Positions 28,341 through 39,950 of a DNA stretch of 64,000 nucleotides are shown here, piece by piece. The stretch covers positions 168,394,001-168,458,000 of the forward strand of contig NC_086097.1 in assembly GCF_963921235.1 (NCBI RefSeq), in the 5' to 3' direction. Under the pieces are notes generated by a model. The model was given only the letters and a program-made list of their open reading frames with translations, did not search any database and was not told where the DNA came from. The stretch's first letter is position 1; each line of letters begins with the position of its first letter. A program made the translations under genes and the position numbers. This stretch comes from Mobula hypostoma. Lineage: Eukaryota.

Positions 28341-29675
28341 GCTACACTTGCCCTTACACTTCCTCCTTCATGCAGGCAAGCAGGGCCTTCTCAGAACCTT
28401 TGCAGCAATAAATGCCTAAATCTCATCCATTAAGATGTGTGAAACATGGGCAAATGAAAGCTTGCCTAGATCAAGAAGTACAGTTACAAAATGGAGCCAA
28501 GTATCAGAACTTACATAGATATCAGTTCACTATTAGTAATGCGCAGTGACTTCAATGGTTTGAAAGCCAACAGATTCATAAATCATGGAAGCTCATCTCA
28601 GTCAGAATCATTCTTCAAGTATATCAACACAGCATTATCTATGAATGCTGTAGAAGAAGAATTCACGTCACTACAGGTAGGGAAATGATTGCTGGGGCAG
28701 TGATGATCCTTCATGTCCTTACTGGCCATAGAAGTCATATCAGAGGAGGTTTTAGAAAATGGCAAATGTTCCATCTGTTTCTGATGTTTGACCTCTTCAA
28801 TAGCTGGCATTAGATCACTGAGTTTAAAATGCATCAGTTTTGCAAGCTAATAGAGAGGATCCTGAGAGATAGTATTTTCAATAAGGGATGGGTCATCATG
28901 GCTAACTTGTGATGGGCAGGTTGTGCCACACAACCTTGATGGACTCTTTGGTGTCTCAACTGAGTCCAGCAACTGAATACCATGGCATGTCTATGAACTT
29001 GGATGTCCAACTCTATCTGATGGAGGCTGACTTGAAAGTCCAGAGCAATTGCAGGCAACAAATTGACACAGGATAGTATGGAGATAAGAGAACAACCTGG
29101 GCAATGTCATTAGCTTGTGAAGTGCTCACCTGAGCTTTGGTTTCTTTGAAACGCTTCTTCCATCCTCACTAATTTAGGTTGGCACTGAGCAACTCCTTTG
29201 CTTGCATCTGTCAGAAAAAGCTGTGTTTGGTTGTTGTTGGTGATATCTCTTTTTTACCTTTTCAAGGTTCTTTTGAAGACCTTGATTGGATAAGTGAAGG
29301 TTACACTCTGACTAGTGGACCTGGACTTGCAGGGATGTGTGTCCCGCATGAGCAATCATGGGCCTCCAACAAAGCATCAGGCTGATGGTGGTTTGAGCCA
29401 AGGAGGTGGCCACCCTTGAATAATTATTTCAGGGTGCCGGAAATCTGTGGAGGATGATGGGCTGATTCAAGGTCGGTTTTAAAATGGCATCGTGGGAGAA
29501 CTTAGAGTTAGCTGTGTGCTCGGAGACCTGAGCCTGGTCCAGGGCCAATTCTCTGGGTGTGGAACTCGGAAGAAAGTGATCACAGAGCCGATGACTGGTT
29601 GAATTGCCCAGGCGACGTGTGAGGGATGACAGGAGTATGTCTCACGTTGATAATATTTAAAACTGTGAAACGGTG

Positions 29676-30250
<575 letters not shown>

Positions 30251-30450
30251 NNNNNNNNNNNNNNNNNNNNNNNNNNNNNNNNNNNNNNNNNNNNNNNNNN
30301 NNNNNNNNNNNNNNNNNNNNNNNNNNNNNNNNNNNNNNNNNNNNNNNNNNNNNNNNNNNNNNNNNNNNNNNNNNNNNNNNNNNNNNNNNNNNNNNNNNNN
30401 NNNNNNNNNNNNNNNNNNNNNNNNNNNNNNNNNNNNNNNNNNNNNNNNNN
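30251..30450. other. Assembly gap (200 N)
   Basis: Run of exactly 200 N, typical of a scaffolding gap of unknown size. Confidence 0.99.
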
Positions 30451-32620
30451 GTTCTTACACGTGATATCACCACATTCTTCCTTTCCTTAACAACAGAAAC
30501 AAGTAGCCACATTAACCAGAACAAACGCATAATTTAACATGTTTTTATCAGTCTCTCTGGGGTTTACGAACACGAGGAGACCTTCTAAGTGGTTCACACA
30601 GTTCTTGTGTTTTGTTGTTATTTCCATGTTTTGTCTGGTTTGCATCAGTTAACTAAAACTCTGAAGTTGGCTCTTTCTTTAGGTCTTTGTGATTTCTTCT
30701 TAACACTGCTCCTTCGTCTGTTTGGACCATGTATGACCTGGGTTGTACTTCTTCAAGTACTGTAGCTTTCTTAATTCCTTCCACTTCCGCTTGTAATGAA
30801 ATACGAATCTTCTTTTCTTCATCTAATTTATTCATTCACTGTGTAATCTCTTTTTTATGCTGAGACTTCATCATTTCAATAACACTTCTCAATTCCTTCA
30901 CTTGTGCTTTCACTTCTTCAATTGGATCCTGATTCTTGTCATTCTTTGGCTTCAGATCAGTATTGTACTGTACCGGCAAGTTTGGCCTCTGTCCTCCTGC
31001 AGAGGTGAGATTGTGATGGAATGCATGGCCCATTGATGCATGTGCATTACTTCCAGAGGGCAAAATTGCAACTCCTGGTTGTGGTGGCAATGCTTTGCCA
31101 GATGCTGGTAACAAAAGGGATGGGTCTGGGAGTTTTCTTTATGACTTCTGAGCCATTCTATTCTGTCACTGTATTCTGACTCTGTCACTGTCCAGGACTA
31201 AGACTCTTTTCACCAAATTCAGTCTCTCACAGACAGATAGACCCAGTATTGACTGTACATTCTTTGGCACCACCACAAATGAAAGCATGTGCACAATATT
31301 TTTGTGTGATACTTTTACCACACATGTTCCTTTAACTGGAAATGTCTGCACCTGAATACCCAGTCACTTTTACATTTGTCTTATATAACTTTGGCTTGGC
31401 TTTAATACATTAAACTCAGATTCTGCAAGAATATTTACTTGTGCTTCAGTATCAAGCACAAACAGAATATTGTTTTGGTTCACTTGCAATGGAATAGTCC
31501 AGTCATTCTTACTTTGTTTTCACAGAGCATATCTATATAAAACTCCTCAAGTTCATTTTCAAGCACTGAGTTTACTTGTTTTATTTTCATTCTACTTCTG
31601 CAACAGAGTGAAAAATTATTACTGTTACCGCAGTTGCTGCACATTTTCCCATATGCTGGACACTGTTTAGGTCGATGCTGCCCACAGCGATCACATAGCT
31701 TAATTCTCTCAGATGACGTCTTGCTCTCTGTCGGTTTTGTTGTCGTATTATTATTTATTCTAATACGTGTTCGCACTTTTTCACAGCACAGCTCTGAATG
31801 AAAAGCACTTTAGCCCGTGACATCATGGTTTCTGAAGCTTTGCAAAGCATCAAAGCTTTTGCTGTCTAAATCTTGTTCTCTTAACAGTCTTTCTCTCACA
31901 CCATTATCCCAAATGTCACAAACAACTCTGTCTTTAGTGAGAGAGTCTGTCAGTTCTGCAAACTCGCATGATTTACTCCTGTGTCTCAACTCCATAATAT
32001 ATTGATCAATTGTTTTCAGCAGCTCTCTACGCACGTGTAAAAAATTTATGCCTTTCATACGTCACATTACGCTTCGGTATGCTTTAAATTTGTCCATTAT
32101 CGATTCCAATTTCAAATTACCTCCATCTTCAAAAATAAAGTGATTATATACCTCAATTGTGTCATCACCTATTATGTGGAGTAGAAGCGCAGCTTTTGTT
32201 TTTCCGGTTTTCTATCAGCTTCAATCGCCGATAAATATATTTCAAAACACTGCTTGAATTTTCTCCAGTTCTCAGCTACATTCCCAGTCAGCTGAAGTGT
32301 CAGTGGAGGTTGCAAACCTTCCATTTTTAAAACTGTTAGCGAACACCAAAACAGTTTGAACTCTTTTTTCTTCGATTATCTTCGCTTCTCCCATGTTAGT
32401 GAACATATTATTCTTCCAGACCGACTTCTGACACCATGTTGTGTTCTTAATATTTATACGTACCGTGGGTTAACAATCATATTCTGGAAGAATTAGAACT
32501 TTTATTTACAGCAACAAAACAAAACCATGTTTTTACCAAGCCATGTTCCAGATCATTCTATCATTTCTGCGCATGCTTAGAGCTCTCTCCAATCACGTTC
32601 TTACACGTGATATCACCACA
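30451..32620 (-). mobile_element. Mirror copy of the Gypsy-type LTR element (3' LTR cut by the gap)
   Basis: Reverse complement of 34353-36517 with a few small indels. Confidence 0.88.
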
Positions 32621-34352
32621 GTGGCCACTCATTTTAATTCCACTTCCCATTTCCATTCCTCCTCCACTGTCGTGATGAGGCCACACTTCAGGTTGGAGTA
32701 ACAACACCTTGAATTCCATCTGGGTAGCCTCCAACCGGATGGGATGAACATGATTTCTTGAACTTCCGGTAATCACCACCCCTCCTTCACCTTTCCCCAT
32801 CTCCTTTTCCCTCACTCACCTTATCTCCTTGCCCGGCCATTGCCTCTTCTGGTGCTCCTCCCCCTCTTCTTTCTTCCATGGCTTTCTGTCCTCTTCTATC
32901 CAGATTTCCCCTTTCTCTTTCACCAATCAACTTCCCAGCTCTTTACTTCATCCCTCCCCCATCTTTTAAATCTGCTCAACTACTTTTCTCCAGTCCTGCC
33001 GAAGGGTCGCGGTCTAAAACGTCGACCGTACTTTTTTTTCCCATAGATGCTGCTCAGCCTGCTGAGTTCCTCCAGCGAGTTTGTGGTGTTTTGCTTTGAT
33101 TTCAGTTGAGCCTAATTTGTCTAGCAGATTCCAAACATATTTGAAATTAAATCCATTCTAGGGGGGTTGAATTGCTTTTTTAAATGTGTGTCTACAGTTG
33201 GGTTCACCTTTTGGAGTGAAAATACAATTGCTACAGCTCGGAAGTGGAAGTGATGCCAGGAGGTCCACTGAGCACTTCACCATATGGTTACCTGGCAGAT
33301 TTATGAAACGCAGAGGAATCGAGCAAATAAATGGATTCGACGAAAAGAAGCGTGAAAAGCATGCAAAGACAACATGATGGGCACAGAAGGTCAGCAGCGG
33401 CACAGGCAGAACAAAAGCAGAACATGGTCAACCTATTAGCTCCGGAGGAGTCAGATAAACTTTACCCGGTGTTTTGTTGGTCAGTCTACCTACTCACCCA
33501 GACTCGGTGACGTCACTGACCAACAAAACACCGGGTAAAGTTTATCTGACTCCTCCGGATGGTTGACCATGTTCTTGCTTTTGTTCTGCCTGTGCCGCTG
33601 CTGCCTTCTGTGCCCATCATGTTGTCTTTGCATGTTTTTCACGCTTCTTTTCGTCGTCATTTATTTGCTCGATTCCTCTGCGTTCATAAATCTGCCACCA
33701 TATGGTGAAGTGCCATAACCTCCTCCACTCTCACTTCCGAGCTGTAGCAATTGTATTTTCACTGCAAAAGGTGAACCAAACTGTAGACCCATTTAAAAAA
33801 GCAATTCAACCCCCCTAGAATGGATTTAATTTCAAATATGTTTGGAATCTGCTAGACAAATTAGGCTCAACTGAAATCAAAGCAAAACGCCACAAACTCG
33901 CTGGAGGAACTCAGCAGGCTGAGCAGCATCTATGGGAAAAAAAAGTACGGTCGACGTTTTAGACCGCGACCCTTCGGCAGGACTGGAGAAAAGTAGTTGA
34001 GCAGATTTAAAAGATGGGGGAGGGATGAAGTAAAGAGCTGGGAAGTTGATTGGTGAAAGAGAAAGGGGAAATCTGATAGAAGAGGACAGAAAGCCATGGA
34101 AGAAAGAAGAGGGGGAGGAGCACCAGAAGAGGCAATGGCCGGGCAAGGAGATAAGGTGAGTGAGGGAAAAGGAGATGGGGAAAGGTGAAGGAGGGGTGGT
34201 GATTACCGGAAGTTCAAGAAATCATGTTCATCCCATCCGGTTGGAGGCTACCCAGATGGAATTCAAGGTGTTGTTACTCCAACCTAAGTGTGGCCTCATC
34301 ACGACAGTGGAGGAGGAATGGAAATGGGAAGTGGAATTAAATGAGTGGCCAC

Positions 34353-36683
34353 TGTGGTGATATCACGTGTAAGAACGTGATTGGAGAGAGCTCTAAGCAT
34401 GCGCAGAAATGATAGAATGATCTGGAACATGGCTTGGTAAAAACATGGTTTTGTTTTGTTGCTGTAAATAAAAGTTCTAATTCTTCCAGAATATGATTGT
34501 TAACCCACGGTACGTATAAATATTAAGAACACAACATGGTGTCAGAAGTCGGTCTGGAAGAATAATATGTTCACTAACATGGGAGAAGCGAAGATAATCG
34601 AAGAAAAAAGAGTTCAAACTGTTTTGGTGTTCGCTAACAGTTTTAAAAATGGAAGGTTTGCAACCTCCACTGACACTTCAGCTGACTGGGAATGTAGCTG
34701 AGAACTGGAGAAAATTCAAGCAGTGTTTTGAAATATATTTATCGGCGATTGAAGCTGATAGAAAACCGGAAAAAACAAAAGCTGCGCTTCTACTCCACAT
34801 AATAGGTGATGACACAATTGAGGTATATAATCACTTTATTTTTGAAGATGGAGGTAATTTGAAATTGGAATCGATAATGGACAAATTTAAAGCATACCGA
34901 AGCGTAATGTGACGTATGAAAGGCATAAATTTTTTACACGTGCGTAGAGAGCTGCTGAAACAATTGATCAATATATTATGGAGTTGAGACACAGGAGTAA
35001 ATCATGCGAGTTTGCAGAACTGACAGACTCTCTCACTAAAGACAGAGTTGTTTGTGACATTTGGGATAATGGTGTGAGAGAAAGACTGTTAAGAGAACAA
35101 GATTTAGACAGCAAAAGCTTTGATGCTTTGCAAAGCTTCAGAAACCATGATGTCACGGGCTAAAGTGCTTTTCATTCAGAGCTGTGCTGTGAAAAAGTGC
35201 GAACATATTAGAATAAATAATAATACGACAACAAAACCGACAGAGAGCAAGACGTCATCTGAGAGAATTAAGCTATGTGATCGCTGTGGGCAGCATCGAC
35301 CTAAACAGTGTCCAGCATATGGGAAAATGTGCAGCAACTGCGGTAACAGTAATAATTTTTCACTCTGTTGCAGAAGTAGAATGAAAATAAAACAAGTAAA
35401 CTCAGTGCTTGAAAATGAACTTGAGGAGTTTTATATAGATATGCTCTGTGAAAACAAAGTAAGAATGACTGGACTATTCCATTGCAAGTGAACCAAAACA
35501 ATATTCTGTTTGTGCTTGATACTGAAGCACAAGTAAATATTCTTGCAGAATCTGAGTTTAATGTATTAAAGCCAAGACCAAAGTTATATAAGACAAATGT
35601 AAAAGTGACTGGGTATTCAGGTGCAGACATTCCAGTTAAAGGAACATGTGTGGTAAAAGTATCACACAAAAATATTGTGCACATGCTTTCATTTGTGGTG
35701 GTGCCAAAGAATGTACAGTCAATACTGGGTCTATCTGTCTGTGAGAGACTGAATTTGGTGAAAAGAGTCTTAGTCCTGGACAGTGACAGAGTCAGAATAC
35801 AGTGACAGAATAGAATGGCTAGAAGTCATAAAGAAAACTCCCAGACCCATCCCTTTGTTACCAGCATCTGGCAAAGCATTGCCACCACAACCAGGAGTTG
35901 CAATTTTGCCCTCTGGAAGTAATGCACATGCATCAATGGGCCATGCATTCCATCACAATCTCACCTCTGCAGGAGGACAGAGGCCAAACTTGCCGGTACA
36001 GTACAATACTGATCTGAAGCCAAAGAATGACAAGAATCAGGATCCAATTGAAGAAGTGAAAGCACAAGTGAAGGAATTGAGAAGTGTTATTGAAATGATG
36101 AAGTCTCAGCATAAAAAAGAGATTACACAGTGAATGAATAAATTAGATGAAGAAAAGAAGATTCGTATTTCATTACAAGCGGAAGTGGAAGGAATTAAGA
36201 AAGCTACAGTACTTGAAGAAGTACAACCCAGGTCATACATGGTCCAAACAGACGAAGGAGCAGTGTTAAGAAGAAATCACAAAGACCTAAAGAAAGAGCC
36301 AACTTCAGAGTTTTAGTTAACTGATGCAAACCAGACAAAACATGGAAATAACAACAAAACACAAGAACTGTGTGAACCACTTAGAAGGTCTCCTCGTGTT
36401 CGTAAACCCCAGAGAGACTGATAAAAACATGTTAAATTATGCGTTTGTTCTGGTTAATGTGGCTACTTGTTTCTGTTGTTAAGGAAAGGAAGATGTGGTG
36501 ATATCACGTGTAAGAACGTAATTGGAAAGGGTTCTGAGCATGCGCAGAAATGATAGAATGGTCTGGAACGTGGCTTGGTAAAAACGTAGTTTGGCTTTGT
36601 TGCTGTAAATAAAAGTTCTAATTCTTTCAGAATATGATTCTTTATTGTTAACCCACGGTACGTATAAATATAAGAACACAATA
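34353..36683 (+). mobile_element. Non-autonomous Gypsy-type LTR retrotransposon (gag, protease, captured host sequence, integrase C-terminal remnant)
   Basis: LTRs 34353-34536 (TG...CA) and 36494-36683 (TG...TA); PBS TGGTGTCAGAAGT at 34537; PPT AAGGAAAGGAAGA at 36481-36493; TSD GCCAC (34348-34352 and 36684-36688); gag GNVAENWRKFKQ; Zn knuckles; protease FVLDTEAQVNIL; PRSY...LRRN motif. Confidence 0.92.
35807..36205 (+). pseudogene. SH3KBP1: Captured intronless fragment resembling the C-terminal coiled-coil region of SH3KBP1/CIN85 (CD2AP family)
   Basis: [52 protein letters not shown] versus the human SH3KBP1 tail as I recall it ([53 protein letters not shown]); one in-frame TGA at 36131. Confidence 0.8.
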
Positions 36684-36984
36684 GCCACTGGGAGATGTGC
36701 TCGGCGAAGCGACACTCTCCAATCTACGTCGGATCTGACCAATATGCAGGAGGTCACACCAGGAGCACCGGACACAGTATATGACCCCAACAGACTCACA
36801 GGTGAAGTGTCGCCTCACCAAAAGAACTGTTAATGGCCCTGAATGGTAGTGAGGAGGAGGTGTTGGGCAGGTGTAGCACTTGTTCCGTTTGCAAGGATAA
36901 GTGCCAGGAGGGAGATTAGTGGGGGGAGGGGAACAAATGGACAAGGGAGTCACGGAGGGAGCGTCCCTGTGGAAAGCAGAAAGG

Positions 36985-36985
<1 letters not shown>

Positions 36986-37050
<65 letters not shown>
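36986..37050 (+). repeat. (TG)n microsatellite inside the Penelope-like element
   Basis: ~32 TG units. Confidence 0.95.
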
Positions 37051-37053
<3 letters not shown>

Positions 37054-38229
37054 GGGGGGCGCGGGGAGATGTACTTCGTGGTGGGATCCTGTTGGAGATG
37101 GTGGAAGCTGAGGAGAATTATGTGCTGGACACAGAGGCTGGTGTGGTAGGTGGTGGAACAAGAGGAACCCTATCCCTGGTAGGGTGGTGAGAGGATGGGG
37201 TAAGAGCAGACGTGTGTGAAATGGAAGAGGTGTGGTTGAGGGCAGCGTTGATGGTGGAGGAAGAGGAAACCCCTCTCTTTGAAAAAGTAGGACATCTTCG
37301 ATATGGAATGAAAAGCCTCATCCTGACAGCAAATACGGCGGAGACTCAGGAATTCAGGGAAGGGGATGGCATTTTTACAAGTGACAGGATGGGAGGAGGT
37401 ATAGTCCAGGTCCAAACAGTCCTTTCAGGTGAGGCGACACTTAACCTGTGAGTCTGTTGGGGCCATATACTGTGTTTGGTGCTCCCAGTGTGGCCTCCTG
37501 TATATCAGTGAGACCCGTCATAGATGGGAGACTGCTTTGCCAAGCACCTACACTCTGTCTGCCAGAAAAAGTGATATCTCCCAGTGACCACCAATTTTAA
37601 TTCCACTTTCCATGTCTAATCATGGCCGTCTCCACTGTCGTGATGAGGCTACACTTAGGGTGGAATAATAACACCTTATATTCCGTCTGGGTAGCCTCCA
37701 ACCTGATGGCATGAACATTGATTTCTGGAACTTCTGGTAGTGACCCTTCACCTTTCCCCATCTCCGTTTCCCTCTCTCACCTTATTTCCTTGCACTCCAA
37801 TTCCCTCCCTCTGGTGCTTCCCCCCCCCCCACTTTCTCCCATGGCCTTCTGTCCTCTTCTATCATACTCTCCCTTCTCCAGCCTTGTATCTCTTTCACCA
37901 ATTTCCAAGCTTTTTACTTATCGCTCCCCCTTCAGGTTTCATATATCACCCTTTGTTTCCCTTGTCTACCGCTCCCCCCACTTTTTAAATCTACTCCTCA
38001 GCCTTTTCTCCAATCCTGCCGAAGGGACTCGATCCGAAACGCCAATTGTACTCTTTTCCATAGATGCTGCCTGGCCTGCTGTGTTCCTCCAGCAGTTTGT
38101 GTGTGTTGCTTGTATTTCCAGCATCTGCAGATTTTCTCATTTTTCAACTGAAAACAAGCCCACTTCTTCAATAAAGTTTGCACGTACAGTGTAAGCGGGG
38201 CAAAATACTCTCAGCAAGTTACTAACAGG

Positions 38230-38400
38230 TACTTTGAAATTAACCAATAGATCTTTGGACTGTAGAAGGAGACTGGAGCACCCGAAGAAACCCATGCATT
38301 CAATGGAGAGGACAAACAGACTCCTTACGGATGACGTTGGAATTGAACTCCAATGCCCTGAGCCGTAATCGCGTCTCGCTAACCACTGCGCTAATGTGAC
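38230..38400 (-). mobile_element. V-SINE-like tRNA-derived SINE
   Basis: Minus strand: TAGCGCAGTGG (A-box-like), GAGTTCAATTCC (B-box-like), then GGGTGCTCCAGTCTCCTTCTACAGTCCAAAGA (V-core-like). Confidence 0.65.
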
Positions 38401-38999
38401 ATGAATCTTGTGTTGGTCTGTTTTAGCTCTCGTTTCCATTTAGATTAATATTTCAAATAAATGTTTCATCAAAACTACAGAAGTATGTGAAACAGCTTTA
38501 AAAATAATGATTGACTTTCATATGAAATAACCATAAATGCTTTCATTAAGATGGAAATTTCAAAAATGATAGATAATGGTCAAATACTGATTTTTAGCAT
38601 TGTGTTCTATGGAAGTCAAATTACTAACATATCATTACCTGAGTTTCTCAGGAGTTTTTTTTTAATCCAGGTGTTAATCCTTGCATATATAAAAAAGTAG
38701 TCTTGACATCCTTGTACCTGTGTTTCCTTGTATCACTACTTTGTTAAATGGTGCTAGGATTCAATTTTACCTGAGCCACCAAGTAACTTATTAGACTCAG
38801 AATGAAGGTTTAGCTAACATAGTGATGAACTATGAGGCAAAAAGGTCAATTTGAAAGTGAAAAACAAAAACGTAGATGCAGATAGGCACAATATTAAAAT
38901 ACAGAAAGTGAGGAGAAAGAATAAAGATAAAGCATCCCAAAAATTGGATAGAGGATAGGAATTTCACTGCAGGGCAGGAGACAATGTTAATGAAATGAT

Positions 39000-39950
39000 C
39001 TTTGAAGAAATAACAGGCAGAACAGAGACTCTGTGGATGTTGTTTATTTGGATTTTTAGAAGGCCTTTGACAAGGTGTCTCATATGAGACTGCTTAAAAA
39101 GATAAGAGCCCATGGTATTAAAGTAAAGATGTGTGTGTGTGCCCTTAAGTCCTGGTGGAGTTGTCGGGGCACCATCATGACAAGCTTTCTGGTATGCTCA
39201 TCGTACGGTGTGTCTTGGGCATCTGAAACCTGGTGGAGCCCATCCCTCTTCAGGTTTTTTTTTACGAGGTCGAGTTATTAGCTTGACACTCAACCCAGGC
39301 ACAGATGGAGAACTAGGGACCTCTCGCCCCGAAGTCCAGTGCTAATGCCACTATGCCACCAGCTAGCCAGGTAAAGATATTAGCATGGAAAGAGATTGAC
39401 CAAATGGCAGGAGGCCAATGGTAGGAATAAAGGGGTCTTTACTGAGTGGCTGCTAGTGATTAGTGGTGTGCCATCGGGGTCAGTGTAGGGACTGCTTCTT
39501 CTCACGTTATGTCAATGATATCGAAGAAGCAATTGATGGATTTGTGACCAAGTTTGCAGACGAAAGAAAGATAGGTGGAAGGGCAGGTGGTGTTGAAGAA
39601 GCAGGGTGTCTGCAGAAAGACTGAGACAAATTGGAAGAATGGACAAAGAAGTGGCAGATGGAATAATGCTGAGGGAAGTGCATGGTGATGCACTTTGGTA
39701 GAAGGAATAAAAGTGTGGACTATTCAAAATGGGGAGAAAATTCAAAACTATGAGATGCAAAGGGACTTGGGAGTCCTTGTGCAGGATTCCCTAAAGGTTA
39801 ACTTGCAGATTGAGTCAGCGGTAAGGAAGACTAATGCAATGTTAACATTCATTTCGAGAGGACTAGAATACAAAAGCAAGGATATGATGCTGAGGCTTCA
39901 TAAGCCAATAGTCAGACCGCACTTGGTGTATTGTGAGAAATAGGGCACCT
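39000..39950 (+). mobile_element. CR1 LINE RT fragment
   Basis: YLDF*KAFDKVSHMRLLKKIRAHGI, KFADE.KIGG, QRDLGVLVQDSLKV. Confidence 0.85.
39131..39370 (-). mobile_element. tRNA-derived SINE inserted in CR1
   Basis: TSD GTAAAGAT (39123-39130 and 39371-39378); minus strand starts with A-box TGGCATAGTGG and ends in a (CA)n tail. Confidence 0.7.

Larger units (their letters stand above)
30451..36517. repeat. ~6 kb fold-back palindrome (two ~3 kb arms, ~29-bp spacer at ~33486-33514)
   Basis: 30451-33485 is the reverse complement of ~33515-36517; mirrored ORFs (e.g. 30653-30835 minus and 36134-36316 plus). Confidence 0.95.
33877..38143. mobile_element. Penelope-like element with inverted structure (minus arm 33877-~37410, plus arm ~37411-38143), interrupted by the LTR element
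   Basis: LDYTSSHPVTCKNAIPF.EFL.LRRIC and GTYPCKRNKCYTCP...FTCESVGVIYCVRCS.C.LLHIGQ (GIY-YIG); TCAACTGAAA flanks both ends (33867-33876 and 38144-38153). Confidence 0.85.

Noticed and set aside
30763..31162. Second, independent SH3KBP1-like capture
   Set aside because: Mirror image within the fold-back palindrome, with the same flanks as 35807-36205.
36843..37190. VC/HT dipeptide-repeat ORFs
   Set aside because: Translations of a (TG)n microsatellite.
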